NCBI RefSeq assembly: GCF_036321535.1
Contig: NC_087437.1
Span: forward strand, 104,534,001-104,598,000
Length of the DNA stretch: 64,000 bases
Direction: 5' to 3'
From: Camelus dromedarius
Taxonomy: Eukaryota
Under the pieces are notes generated by a model. The model was not told where the DNA came from. It saw only the letters and a list, made by a program, of their open reading frames with translations, and made no database searches. Of the stretch, positions 38,192 through 52,222 are shown piece after piece; the first letter of the stretch is position 1, and every line of letters begins with the position of its first letter. The translations under genes and the position numbers were made by a program.

Positions 38192-38238
<47 letters not shown>
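38159..38238. repeat. Compound (TCTR)n/(TA)n microsatellite
   Basis: ctgtatctatctgtctatctgtctatc followed by a long tatatata run. Confidence 0.9.
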
Positions 38239-39639
38239 TTTAAGTAGGAGATACTTTATTTGAGTAGTAAATTCTGACTAAATGCTGGATTTAAAATACT
38301 TCTTGTTAAATATGGGGAATGTGTTTTCTAAAAACTTCAAAAATTTCAGCAATATTGACAGAGAAAGATATGAGTAAGGCAGAATATAAAATGGTTATCA
38401 ACTAGAACACTTCAGATTGCAAGGTATGGCTTCAAAACAAGTTCAAATTGCTTTTCAAAGTCGATATTGGCTTTTTTCTCCATGTGCCCTCAGCACCTCA
38501 AACTCTGTGAACATCTGATAAGAAGTGAAAGCACTGAGCTGGTCTGTCCTAATTTTTGTGTACAATTTTTCATCAGAGAAAACAGCTGCCAATGTTTTAT
38601 GCCCAGAAACAAATTGTTTCTTTTTTTCTCTGTGTAATCAAAATCAGAAACATCAACTAAATAATAAATGTTGTGTCTTCTTTAAATATAATTTACTTAT
38701 ATGTTAAAATAACACTCTACATTTAAAAATCATTCTCTAGTGTTTATAAGGGATTAAAATTTTAACTAAAAATAGATTCACTTGCAGCCCAAAATATAGA
38801 CAAGTAAAGATTGCAGCCACCTATATTGGGGAGAAAAGGAAATGGCAAGAAAGCTTAATGTTGTTAAAGTTCAAATTGTCAGTCAACTCTCCAATGTCTT
38901 TGTTAATGGGACAAGGTAGTGGCCCAGATAATATAGCATCTCTTCCAATGGTTCATTTTATTGGCCTCGTGATATATTAATTCTTTTTTTCTCCTGCATA
39001 TTTATATCTTTAATTACATTTTAATACTGTGTTGTTAAATTAAGTGTGCATTAAATGAACACAAACCAGGCCTTGAAGAAAAGCTGTATATAAAAGACTA
39101 TTTAATGGAAGGTGGAAAATACTCTGTCATTAAGATTTTATTATTTTAATCCAGAAAACATATAACCAGCACATGAATAAATATGAGACAATGACATTAT
39201 TTTATTAGTGAATTTCTCCTAATTAGTATATTGAATGACTTTACATGAACTGAGAGAAAATTTTGAGAGTCTTACAAATGTCTGTTATGCTTTTGATGAG
39301 AGGCTATTAGAATGAAGGAACATCAACTGTGGTAGATGTATTTCACATACATACACAGAAGCACATATGTGTGTGTAAGTGAAAATACTGACTAGCTTGA
39401 AGTAGTAAACAAAGTACATCTCATGTCTCCCAAAAACATAAAGATGTATGCACAGGAGGAGGGTTGTCAAGAGGATGAACTGGGGAAATAAGCAAAAGCT
39501 AAATCATTCATGGTCTTAGGTGGCATTTAAGATGTTGAAATTTATGATAAGAGTGATATATGAGTAAAATATGATTTGGGCAAGAATCATCAATGAATGT
39601 TAATATGAGATTCAAAGTTTAATGAGTGATAGAATATTA

Positions 39640-40325
39640 ATGTTGTCCCAAATATCTTCCCTAAAATTTTTAACTACAAAGTTAAACAAACAAACAAACA
39701 AAAATAGTAACTACAGAGCTGAATAACTGGACCACCCTTTAACAACATAATCAAAATTAACATGACAAATAAGAGGGATGGAATCATATGCTTCTGGATG
39801 TATTACCCTGAAAAGAACACAATTTCATTTCAATAATATTTCAGCAAAAAATACCTGAACTTTATCTTGAGAAATCTCAGAAAATCCAAAATTAAGAAAA
39901 AGAAATAACATAACTTTGTAGTTTAAAAAATGTCAACTTAATGAAAGACAAAGGAAGGTTGAAGAAATTTTCTGGATTAAAAAGACTGAAATGACTGACA
40001 ACTAAATGCGGTAACGGGAAAAACAGTTACTTTAAAGAACATTACTGGGGCAAGTAACATATTAAAAAATGACTGCAGGCGATTACATGCTAATATTAAA
40101 TATAAATTTGCTGAATTTAAAATTTATACTGTAAAGAATATTCTTCCTAGGAAATACACAGTGAAGCACTAAGGGATAGTGATGCATTATGCATGTGGTT
40201 GACTCTAAAGTACTTTACAACAAATAATATGAATAATGTATATGGAGAGGGAAGGGTAGGGAGAGAGCTATGAAGGAAGGAGAGTGTTAAGACAAATCTG
40301 GCAAAATAGTAACAATTTTGAGAAG
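39640..40325 (+). mobile_element. L1MC4/5-like 3' region
   Basis: taatcaaaattaacatgacaaataagagg...atgaaagacaaaggaaggttgaagaaattttctggattaaaaagactg...ttcctaggaaatacacagtgaagcactaaggg. Confidence 0.7.
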
Positions 40326-40944
40326 AGAGTAAACGGCACTCTGGATGCGGTGAGGTGGATGAATTAGAAGAGAATCTATCTGGTTATGGACAGATGTGTT
40401 GGGAAGGTATAATAATTATCCAGGTGAGTGATGATGGTGTCCTTCCATTTGCATTAGAAGTAATAGAAAGAAGCAGAATCAAGAACTTGGTGATTTACTG
40501 TCCATAGCAAAGGGGGCATGGAATAAAAGAAAGTACTCAGGTTTTTGGTATATTCTCAGCGTTTGGAAGTGATCAGTGCACTAGGGAACCCAGGATAAGG
40601 AACCCAGGAAGAGAAGGTGTTGGGTTGGTGTGGAATGTGAAGTATGTACAGAACAATTTCATGAGAATATCCAAGGGCATTTATCTAAATGCATTTACAA
40701 CTCAGGGGATGATATTGACGGAAATACATAGTTTGTCATTCATATTCAATCATCTGAAATATGCCTCTTGAATCACATGAATAGTGTAATCCCCTGATAA
40801 ACACTAAGGGTTTAGCATTTGTCAGAGGAAGAAATGGAAGAAAAACTGTCATAGAAGACAAATTAAAGGAGAATTTCAAGAAGAAATAAGCTGTCAGATT
40901 TGATATAAACTTGACAAAAGTCAGGTGAAACGAGGACTTCTCTC

Positions 40945-41310
40945 TAAGAGTACTACAAACCTAATGACTTAACAGCAAGTTGTTATCTCACAGTTCTGGA
41001 GGCTAGCAGTCCAAGCTCAAGGTGTCCTGTCTGCAGAGTTGATTCCTTCTGAAGGCCACGAGGGTGGGGTCTGCTCCAGGCCATCTTCTCCCTTGTCTCT
41101 TTACATAGTATTCCTGATGTGTGTGTCTGTGTCTGTGTCTAAATTTCCCCCTTTATAGAGATATCAGTCATATTAGGTCCTAACAGCTGACCTCATCTTA
41201 ACTAGTTACATAAACTATGACTTTGTTTATGAATAAGGTCACATTCTGAGATGTTTGGGGTTGAGGCTTCAGCAAATGAATTTTGGAGGGGCACAACTCT
41301 ATACATAGCA
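40945..41310 (-). mobile_element. MaLR MLT1B/C solo LTR
   Basis: tctcacagttctggaggctagcagtccaagctcaaggtgtc...aataaggtcacattctgagatg...ggggcacaactctatacatagca. Confidence 0.85.
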
Positions 41311-43348
41311 CCCAGGAACAACAAATACTCTTTAGACGGACCAAGGAGGATTTAAGTGCAGTCCAGGTTAGGAGGTTAATAGCAGGTTAGGAGACCCAGT
41401 GGGGAAATACCAGATTATCATGGTTGAGCAAGGGAAAGTGAGGTGAGGGATTGAGGACTGCAGGACAGATGCTACACTGCAGAAGTGTGACCGCTGTGGA
41501 GAAGACAAAGATCCTAAGGAAGCTCAATTTTAAAGATAGGATGAGAAAAGTAAAAAACATGCATAAATTCTGAAAAGAAGATACAAATGCAGGATAGTGA
41601 GGGTACCAAAAGGGAAAGAAACTTGTGAGGAAAATGAGAATCCATGAGAAGTGTAGGACTTAGAGAAATACAGTATCACCAGTTTCACAGTAACAGAGCG
41701 CTAAAATTACAAATAATTTAAATCTTCACATATCATGAGTATTTCAATGAAAAAAGTATGTGAAAATGTCTTGCAAATAGTAATATGCTGTGCATATAAG
41801 TAACATTGATATTATGTTTTATTATTATGAATACTGTATCTTATTTTATTAAGTATCACTTGGAAATCATACATTTAGAGAATGAGATGATTTTTCTGGA
41901 GCCTACATAATGAAGTAAGATTTGGTACAATGTACTAGATCATGCCCCAAACTGGATATCAGACAATTTTTGTTATAGTTTTTGCTCTTCTGTTAGAGAA
42001 TTCAGTGTACTCATATCTGAAACTGAGAAATCAACCCTGGCTTTATTAGGAACATATACTTTTATGATCATCCAAAAAGATTAAAATAACTATAATTCTA
42101 TATTTAAAAGTTGAAAGTTTCATTACATGTTATTGAATTTATTTTTGTCCAATAATACAAATAAAATGAATATTCAAAAAATTTACCCACAAACTTTTAA
42201 TTATAAAATTATAAATGTATTTATTCAGTGTTTATATCACAACATTAAATAACCTCTAGGATATGAATACTCCATACTTTTTGGTTCAATATCAGCATGA
42301 ATTTTTCTAGTCACAGATTTCCAGGTATGTGCTTCTTAAGCTGAAATTGAGAAAAATTAGTCAGATGTTAGTAATCCAGCTCAACTCTCTGATTAAATTC
42401 ATTTGGAAAAGTAAAAAGTAACTTAAGAATAAATGAGCTAAGTTTGCTTATAAATGCTAAGCACAAAAATAAATTGGTATTTTATATTTTGTAAAGACTA
42501 ATTTTTGTCGAAGAACTTGGTGTCTGAAATGGTTCATATTATCTCCCTCATGTTTTAAATTCTGACACTCATATTTATCTTGAAAACAAACCAACAAACC
42601 CAAATAATAAAAATAAAGCAAGACAAAAAAAACCTTGTGATATCTAGAGAAATATGATAAAGTCCTGATTTTAGATTGGAAAAAGCTGTTTATGTTCTTA
42701 GGGTAAAGTTTAAAAACATTTGCTAAAAGGATTATGTATGGAGAATGACCTATTGCATTTTTATACATATAAACATCAACAATTATTATATTTTAGTTTC
42801 AATTCCTTGTCTCTTTGTTGTCAGTCGCTGGAACCAAATATTAAAAGCATGAACAGCTTCTAAGTACAACCTAAATCACTCCTAAGTATTTTTGAAAAGT
42901 ACATATTGCTAGTTGTTCTCTCTAATATGTGACAAAAAAATAGTGAGGATGTAGATCTCTCTGTATGTTCCTATTCTTAACCCTCACTTGCATTTTCTGG
43001 AACCCATTCTTTCTAGTTCCCTACTCACATACTTCACTCAACTATTCCTTTACTTTAGAGATAACACACTCAGGATTCATCTGTCTGAAAACATGACATG
43101 CTGTCTCGTTTTGCTCACACGTTCTCATCAAGTAATAGGCCAATCTCTTATTTTCCTTTGAGCCTTCACAAGTGACTACATTTGTGGCTTCAAGAATCTT
43201 TTGTGACTCCTAAGCGTCATGTTTTATGTTCTGAATACTGATTTCCTCAAAAGTTTTGTGTCAGTAAGTAAATTATTTACCTCCTTTTTTTATCCTCTGG
43301 ACAGTGTTTCAGAAAAACTGAATTTTCCTTCTTATTTTGTACTTCCTT

Positions 43349-43886
43349 TTTTTAAAAACTTTTTTTTTTATTGAGTTATAGTCATTTTACAATGTCATGT
43401 CAAATTCTAGTGTAGAGCACAATTTTTCAGTTATACGTGAATGTACATATATCCATTGTCATATTTTTTTTTGCTGTGAGCTACCACAAGATCTTGTAAA
43501 TATTTCCCTGTGCTATACAGTATAATCTTGTTTATCTATTCTGCATATGCCTATCAGTATCTACAAATTTTGAAATCCCAGTCTGTCCCTTCCCACCTCC
43601 CACCCCTTTTGCAACCACAAGTTTGTATTCTATGTCTATGAGTCATGAGTCTGTTTCTGTTTTGTATTTATGTTCTTTTTTTTTTTTTTTTTTTTGATTC
43701 CACCTATGAGCGATCTCATGTGGTATTTTTCTTTCTCTTTCTGGCTTACTTTACTTAGAATGACTTTCTCCAGGGACATCCATGTTGCTGCAAATGGCAT
43801 TATGTTGTTGTTTTTTTATGGCTGAATAGTATTCCTAAATGTCCATCAATGAATGATTGGAGAGAGAAGATGTGGTATATTTATAC
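43349..43886 (-). mobile_element. Young camelid-type L1 3' end with 5' inversion and TSD
   Basis: T-tail, antisense 3'UTR to 43835, sense-orientation L1 segment 43836-43886; TSD tttgtacttcct / tttgtacctctt. Confidence 0.9.
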
Positions 43887-43994
43887 TTTGTACCTCTTAA
43901 TAGTGAGTTCCACGTCATGTCACTCAATGATTTTTGTCTTTAATTTCTTTGTTAGTGACATGAAAGACATTGATGTCAACTCTTGTTCCTTTTG

Positions 43995-44150
43995 GAAAGC
44001 AGTATAGCAGAGTGAGAAAACCACTGACTTTGGAGCCAAACTGAAGTGGGTACAAATCCCAATAAGACAACGTTCTGGTGAATTTGCATAATCATTCTGA
44101 AGCTAATACTTCTTATTTATGGAAAGGGAATAACATCAGTTCTTCAATAT
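43995..44150 (+). mobile_element. MIR SINE
   Basis: gcagtatagcagagtgagaaaaccactgactttggagccaaactgaagtgggtacaaatccc. Confidence 0.65.
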
Positions 44151-44379
44151 TTTACTGTTTGAACCTCTTACAGTTTTACTATGATGAAAAAAATTAAAGG
44201 CCACAATATTTTAGAATCTTAAACTTACACAGTCTTAGATGAGCATCTTTCTAACCTCAACTGAGTACTAAGCCTTTATTTTTAACCACGTGCCTGATCA
44301 TACAGGATGCCCAGTGTAGCAGACACTCTCTAAAGCTCATTTAGATCAAGGTCTCTTCTTCCATGTATAAGAAAGTTTT

Positions 44380-44825
44380 ACATGCTCACTGCTCTGTTCA
44401 TGCAAGGGTCATGTAATGGATTTTATTTATCTTTTAAATTATTTTTATTTTTTATTGAAGTATAGTCAGTTACAGTGTGTCAGTTGATGGTGTACTATAG
44501 CGGGTTTTAGACAAGCAATTGCAAGTGCAAGTCACATGCATCACTTCCAGTTTGAAGGACCAAATTGCTGATGTGAGATTCTCCAGCATATATTTGTGTG
44601 TGTGTGTGTGTGTCTGTGCTTGTGTGTGTGCTGTCTAGGAAAGCCTGCACCTGCTAATGTACCTATAGCACGCCACAACCTTTCTGAGTTTGATTTCTAA
44701 ATTTCCCTGTAGAATACATTTTCCTAGAGGGTCTCCCACACCCAGTTGGGACTTTGTAAAAGTAAAAGCAAAACAAAACAGATCTTGTTGTATTAAGGTA
44801 CCAAGATTGAAATTTACAGAAAAAG
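44380..44825 (+). mobile_element. Old MLT1 LTR carrying a ~60-bp antisense L1 3' tip (44435-44495)
   Basis: gcaagtcacatgcatcacttccagtttgaagg...atcttgttgtattaaggtaccaagatt; insert ttttttattgaagtatagtcagttacagtgtgtcag. Confidence 0.5.
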
Positions 44826-46277
44826 AAAATAAAATCTAAGACTTTTTAAAATATATATATTTTTTTATTCAGTCAGCTGACCGCTTCCGCATTATGAGAC
44901 ATCAGGTTTTGGAAAATCCCAATGCCAAACTCTCTCTGAAATGTAACTTGAATATGTCTTAAAACTGGAGAAATGATTGCATTCTAAATAAATAGAATCA
45001 TCCTATCCCTTTAGATAATGTTACTATTTGTTATTATTCTGCTAAGAATCAAATCCAGTTGAAAATAGAAACCTCTTCATTCCTTAGCCAACTTCCAACT
45101 GTGATCACAGGACCGCTTTCCAAGAAAATCTTTCCACACATGCTCTATTTCCCCCTTTCTTTCAGGATAAAAAATTATATTTCCCAGTTGACAACACTGT
45201 AATTCTTTGAACCACTTAATTCTAATTTGAATGTATGCTCAAGGGGTCAGTAAAATTTGCTTAAATTTTATTTTAAAATAACTGTAAGCAATGAAGTTAA
45301 CATAGCCAATTTGTATTTTAACATATGGTTCAAAAATTCCCCAAAGAAGATGATACAATATTTTTAAAAGCTCCAATATTTAAAAATATTCCCCATGAAG
45401 CTAATTATAGTTTAAATCTGTTATTGCCCCTATGTAAATAAGCTTATTTTGGTTAAAGATTATGAAGCTTTATTTGTTTATGTAAGTTCTAGAATTTATA
45501 TTTTATTAATATAATTAAATGCGGGGAGGTGACAATATCCCTTTACAAAATTCAATATACAGTTTAAAGCCCTTCACCTTTAGGAAGAGTATAAAGAAGC
45601 ATTGTATTATTTTCTCAAGCCAGGGAATTGTGATGAATAAATAAATGAATATCAGAGAACAGTTTAGGGTGTTTTAAACTTTGAGAGTTGAATCTTTCTG
45701 AGTCTACATTGGGTGGAGAACCAAACATAAAAAATTTCCACCTGGAAACTTTCCACATTCTTCTGGAAAAACCTCCACGGTAGACCATTATATGTAATGA
45801 TTCCTCAGCCAAAGGTAACTGCTCACAGTGTATGAAGTCCTTGTATGTCCATAATGATTGAAAGTTTATTCCCATAAATTAAGTCCTTCAAGAATCCAAA
45901 AACTAATCAGGAAGAAATAAGGGCATGAGGGAGACAGAAGGAAAGAAGAGGAAAATAAGTATACACATAATATCCAATTATTTTCCTTCATAATATGCAA
46001 ATTCTTCTAAAACTGAATTGAAACCAGAAGGCTTGGGTAACTAATTATATGGGGGAGCCCCATATAATGGTCATTGCAAAATCTTTCCAGGAATTACTAA
46101 CCAGCAAATTTTCTAAGTAGCAGCCTTTAAAATGTAGCCCCTCACCTGATGATATTACTTCTGTGCAGATTCCCATCTCATTATATTTATTCTGGGCAGT
46201 TTTTCACAATCAAAACTGTATTCAGCTCCTACCTATATTTTGCTGTGAAAATAATTTTTCTGTTCCACAGACACTTA

Positions 46278-46751
46278 CGTCGACTTAAAGAAAATGCACA
46301 ACATAAGAGCTGGGAGTTGAGGTTTTATTCAGGGTCTTACTGAGGACTGTAGCCCAGGAGATAGCTACTCAGCTCTGAGGAAGCTGCTCCAATGAGGTAT
46401 GGGGGAAGCCAGTTGATGTATAATTTTTGACTAGGAAATACACATAGTGAGGCATACATTCTTGATAAATGGTTCTCACTATTCACAAGGAACAGCTATC
46501 TCAAGTCAATGATTTTAATGTTTTTCTATGCATGGGAAGACACAAGAATTTGGGGTCATTGAAATTCTTCCTGAGATACATGTCTAACTATCTGGGTGAC
46601 CTGTTTCTCCAGAGCACAGGGGCCAGTTTTTCATCCTGAATTCCTCTGAGGTGCACTGTTGGTCAGTGACTGTAGTAGCTAATGACTTAACCCTTATAGA
46701 ACTGGGTGGTGAGAAACACTCTTTTTCTTTTCCTTTTTTTTTTTTTTAACA
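46278..46751 (-). mobile_element. ERV1 solo LTR (MER34/MER39-like)
   Basis: Minus strand TGTTAAAA...gaggaattcaggatg...aatttcaatgacccc...gaataaaacctcaactc...ttaagtcgac; alignable along its length to 52223-52665. Confidence 0.8.
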
Positions 46752-47829
46752 TCTGTAAATGTAAATGTATCCCTCTCTCTGAAAATACTGACTTTCATTT
46801 ATTTGTAGGTACGTGTTTTTTTCTAATGCATACTCATATATGCTATCCCATGCAATAGTAAATGTATTTTTAAGGTGACAAATGATTCTAAAATTACATT
46901 TAATCTGTAAACTCAAATACAGGCTTCCCCAATTTTATAAGCAAGTACTCATCATGATACAGAAGATGGTGAAATTGTCAACAATAAGAAAACTCATACT
47001 GCCAGAAATGTGTTGGCAGAATTCTTAAAAATCTATCTTTAACTCAAATACCACTAACAGTATACTATGAGAAACGTTGTTGGCAAGCACATCCTTGACT
47101 CTTTAAACACAAGTAGAGAACAAAGATCACATAACCATTGTCACCCTCCTTACAGGAAAACTTGGGGATGCTCCCCATTAGAAAAATAGTTATTCTCTAT
47201 GATGAAAGTGCTTTTTTATTAAATAGTTCTGTAATTGAAATACTGAAAGAGTAACTCCTCTGGTTCTTGGGAATAATATTATATGGAGAGTAATAGATTT
47301 TTAAATATGTCATTGTTTCAAAATATTCCTATGCAGGTTAGCTTGCTATTAAAACTATTGCCATCTTCTATGATTAACAAGCTAATCATATTATTATAAT
47401 TAGCAAGTTAAAGAAAAATAATGGGGAATTAGGACAGCTGTCAAACAACTAAGGAGAACAGTAGCAGAGCAGATAAAGTGATACACAAATATAATACCAT
47501 TTTAATATAATTTCAAATTTATTTGTTTTGTATAGGGAATGTGAAAAATTACACCAGAACAATGAAAGTCTTCTAGAAGTCTAGGAAAACCAACTGTCTA
47601 ACTTTTTTTTAAGAAACCTTTTAGCTGGGTATAGTAACATCTGTCTTTTGAGAAACAAAAACAGAAAGTCATCACAATGGCATAAAATAAAATAATAATA
47701 GGAAAATAATAAAAAATAATTACTAATGATTAATAAAAACCCAAAATTGAGACTAGCATTTAACCTTCTTATGAAACTACTGAAACAAAAACATCTATGA
47801 TTAGAGAAAAATCAAGTCCCGTATTAAAA

Positions 47830-48330
47830 AAATAAAAGAAATAGACTTTAGTATCTGGCCTATTAGATGCCCCAACCAGCACTCCAATGAAAACACATTT
47901 TGAATGCCAAATAAGATTAAGCAGATATAATTTTGAATGTATAGCTAAGATTGTAACAAACTAAGGGTAATCCTAAGTATATACCTTGTAAAACACTTGC
48001 ATGTATACACAAGGTAACATCACTGACAATAATTTCAAAATTTTACATAATATTAAAGATGAAAATAATCTAAATACACATTAACTCAGGAGAATGAATA
48101 AATAAATTAGGACTGGAGCGGTATAAAACAATATAAGTGAGAAGGTCACTTGCAGAATGATATATACAATGCCATACAAATTTATAGTTTACAATGTACA
48201 AAATAGAATTATATAATAGTTAACAATAATATTTATGTAGACAATAACAAGCATGTACATAAGAATGATGTAATTTCAGTACATGATGGTGATTACTCTT
48301 TGAGGATAATGAGAGAAAGAGACGGTAACT
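47830..48330 (+). mobile_element. L1ME-like remnants
   Basis: Decayed 5' start (gactttagtatctggcc...) and 3' motifs (gaaaataatctaaatacacatt...gaatgaataaataaatt; ttgcagaatgatatatacaatgcc). Confidence 0.45.
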
Positions 48331-50779
48331 GAATAGATGTGGACATAACCTTCAGTGTCACATGCAATTATTTACTTCTCATGCTTTTTTATCTTAAATA
48401 CATTATAATAATACAAAGAATAATAAAGGAAATACATATGATTAGCTTTCAAAGTCATATAAAGTTTTCAAATGTACAAAAAAGCAAATATACAAGGAAT
48501 TGTAATGAGGAAAAAGGTAAGCATGTAGGAAAAATCATTAACAGAGAAAATTAACGTAATGAGTTTGACTTCTGACAATCAAAAAGTTTACCCATTTGTT
48601 TTCATTTACATATTTGTAATTTTGACACTATTTTAAAGCAACGTATGGATGGAATCTTTTTAGCCAAGATAAACAAACTAATGGGCTATTAACTTAATAG
48701 ATTCATAGAAATGGACCTGAAAGACAGCAAAAAGATCACTTGTTTTTTTCTTTAAATGTATAAATGTATTGAGGCCCAGTTACAGGTATTTTTCTTTCTT
48801 AAATTTTGACAAGTATCAGGGCTGAATTCAGTTCTTGGTTTGTTTTATCTTCTCCACTCAGCCATGAGCCACAAATGCTCTTGTGCTTGACTTTCCAGCA
48901 AAACAATATTATCATGTGCTATAACTCGAATCCTCTGTTTATGTGTGGTTATGAGAAGATAAATCTGTTTTGTTTAAAGGAAACTTCTGCTTAAGTTACA
49001 TAAGCCCAGGGCTTTAACATACTTCTCTTTCTTTCATTACAATGATAGCCTAAATTGAATTGCAAAAACCATTCCTATGCTCTAAAAAAATGTGATCTAT
49101 TTAAAGAAAAATGTATAATAAAATGGAAGATTTTGCAATGCCTTCTTGTTACTGTCAATATTAATGAAAACTGAATGACAACTTTGCATTTTACAAGGAA
49201 ATAGGTTATGATGTATCATATATAATGCCAGGATTAGGGTGTACTTTATGTAGCACTTAATATCTCCTAATTTTGTTTGTCTGCTTGTGTTATTACTATT
49301 AATATCACAGGCTCACCCATTAATACTGATATTACCAGCTCATCTTCCTTTATCATCTTCCTTGAATATTAACTTCATATATATGGTATGAAAAAGCATT
49401 TGTAGCTTCATAAGAAGAGATAGAAAAGAAAGAGAGACTTGTAAATAGTAGCTGGTACAAACTGGGCTTTTTTCTCCCCAAGGTCTTGGAGTCAATCTTA
49501 ATTATAGGTAGTTCAAATGACGTGACTAATTTTAATTACAAATTAGTTGAGTTGTGATTTCTACTAAAGTTTTTTTTTAATGTGAAGTCATGTAATATTG
49601 GACAACTTATCAAAATAATTAATAGGTATGAAAACTGGTATTTAGCCTAGAGTTTCTAAAAACTTAATCTTCATGGCCACTATTTACTTTAAAAATCACA
49701 CGTATTTTCACCAGGATGAGTTCCACTAACAGGAGGGAAAAAACTTGTCAATTGTTAAGAATAATTATGTTAAGAATTTCATAAGAGTGAGGAGATCTAT
49801 GTATATTTTAAGGACTGTTTTTAGAATATTGATAATTAAAGTGAACTTGATGAGAGTGAAGCTTAAAAAATATTAATAGTGTTCCCATAAATCATATATT
49901 CTAATGGCTAATCATAGTAATTGTCAGAAAATAATATAAAAACATAACCAAGAATATGTTTTTTGTTTTTGAGATATTCTTATGGTCCTAACAATAGATC
50001 TAGATGTTCAGAGCATTTCAAGTTTTTGCAATTTAAAAAAAACAACCACCACAAAACATTTTTTATTTCAAACTGAAGATGGACTACCCCCTACAGTTTA
50101 AGGTTAGATCCAACAATTCTATTGCAGCAAAATGTATTTTGCACTTTGCTCTGCTAATAAGACACTGCTTATAAGACACTATCCAAGTTTTGTGGGAGCA
50201 TGACAACAGACTCAAAACCTCACTGCAAGGCACTCATCTCTAGGGAGCCAGTTACCTCCATCTCATTGCTAGCTTGTGATGAGAGTACTTAAAATGTGGA
50301 GATTGAGTTCAACTCATTCCATTTAGTCCATAAAGTGATAGCAAGTCATATTTCAAAAGAGCAGATTTTCAAAGTGTTTCAGTAATGAAATAGAAAACTC
50401 TCTAAGCTGAACCGCACCTTTGCTTCAAAAGTTAAGCTCCGTGTAAAACAGATGAACATATGCTCATGCCAGTACATTAATGTTTTTAATATTTGTCCTG
50501 ATTTAAATTGCCCCTGTAAACACGGTTTTTACATGTTAGAATGCAATGGAAGTACTGGAAGTGGTTGAAGGAGTTCTAGTGTTTGAAAATAGCTTTAAAA
50601 ACACTCCGCACACGATAGTGGCCTAAGCAGTGTAGAGATCAAATTCCAGGAAAATGATCTATAGTTTTGAGAAAGTAAGACATAAACCATGCTATGCTAT
50701 AAAGGATTACTCTCCTTAAAACAACAACAAATGGTACTTCTGACTACCCTATTTAATATCATTCAAAGTTAACTAGAAT

Positions 50780-51285
50780 GCAATGTCCCTTCTGACTAGA
50801 ACACACAGGGCTCATATAAGCCCAGCTGGTCAACCTCTTCACCCTCATTTTCTGTCTGGCTTACTGTGCTTCAGTAACATAGATCTTTCATGTCCATAAG
50901 GTCTCATTCTATATCTTGCTTTCCGGGTTTGGAACATTCTGTTCAACTTGCAGAGAATTCTTTCCCATCTCCTTCCCTTGATATTTTCTCTCCCAGTTAT
51001 TTCAAAGGATCTTCACCTCTTTAGTTATATTTAATATTTTCCTAGAAGAGCTTCCACAGCTCCCAGATACATCTATGTCAGTCTCTTTAGTATTTCTGTA
51101 TAGATAATATTTGAAATTTTTATCATTTCTATCTTTGGAATTCTTATGTCCCATTAAGAATGTAAACTCCATGAAGATAAATGCTAGATATGTTTTGCTT
51201 TTGATTCCCTAAACCCTAATGCACTCTTTGGTACATCGTAGGGACTCAGTATATATCAGTTGATTCAATAAATAAGTAAATGAAC
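50780..51285 (+). mobile_element. L2 3' portion
   Basis: cccattaagaatgtaaactccatgaagataaatg...ggtacatcgtagggactcagtatatatcagttgattcaataaataagtaaatgaa. Confidence 0.7.
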
Positions 51286-51324
51286 ACATGTTAACTTAAA
51301 ACGTATAAACAACAGTAATCATAC

Positions 51325-51834
51325 TGTGGAAATAGTCTTCTAAGACAGCTCTAGTGATTCTTGCCTTCTGGTAATCATGCCCTTGTCTTTTCACCACTGT
51401 TCTTGAGTGTGAGCTGGACCAAGTGACTTAACTTCTAACCAAGAGAATATGGCTGAGATGATGGGGTGTTACTTGCATGTTTAGAAAAGAAAAATTATAT
51501 TAACAGACTCTGTTCTTTGCTGATTTTATTGAAGCCAGCTGCCATGTTGAAACAAGATGCTCATGTGAAAATACCCAGAAGCTGGTCTCTGTCTCGCAGC
51601 CAGGAAGGAACTGATGCCTTCAGTCCAACACCTCTTGAGTAAATCCTGCCAGCAGACACATGAGTGAGTTTAGGAATTGGTTGCTTCTACTTCAGCAATC
51701 CCGTCCCCAGTCTACATCTGGATGAGAGGACCCAGCTAAGCCATGTCTGGATTCGTGACCAAAAGAAGCTGTGAAATAATGAAAGTATGCAGTTTTAAGT
51801 CTCTAAGTTTTGATAACTGTAGAATACTGAGACA
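51325..51834 (+). mobile_element. MaLR MLT1F-like solo LTR
   Basis: tgtggaaatagtcttctaagacagctctagtgattcttgccttctggtaatcatgccc...gaggacccagctaagccatgtctggattc...gttttaagtctctaagtttt. Confidence 0.85.
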
Positions 51835-52222
51835 GATTTTTGACTCTCAGAGAATCTGCAAGTGAGCAAGTTTCATTTTAAGAAGAAAGAACGATCGTGA
51901 AGATGAATAGAGGCCTTGAAAATGGGGAGAATGATGGCTTTGTGTGAAGTGATGGGGCAACTTCCATTTTTGATTAGCCATTCCTTGATGTTATTGGACT
52001 GCATTTCTTGGCCTTCCGTATCAATACAATTTTCTGGATTTCTGGTATGTAAATTCCAGCTGTATTGAGATAATTTTAGTGCATTATTATTTATTGAAAA
52101 TAAATTAACATTGACTAAGATGATGTGCCCATTTATACAATTGAAAATATAGGTAATGTTTAAGTAATCAATTAAGGGAAATAAGAATCTGTGGGCATTT
52201 TGGATGTGTGATTTTTGAGGGT

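Larger units (their letters stand above)
39420..41540 (-). mobile_element. Fragmented L2 hosting L1MC and MLT1 insertions
   Basis: Antisense L2 motifs either side of the inserts (aataattatccaggtgagtgatgatggtg, aatcaagaacttggtgattt, gagaatttcaagaag). Confidence 0.55.

Noticed and set aside
50157..50181. ataagacact repeated twice
   Set aside because: A 10-bp micro-duplication with no further structure
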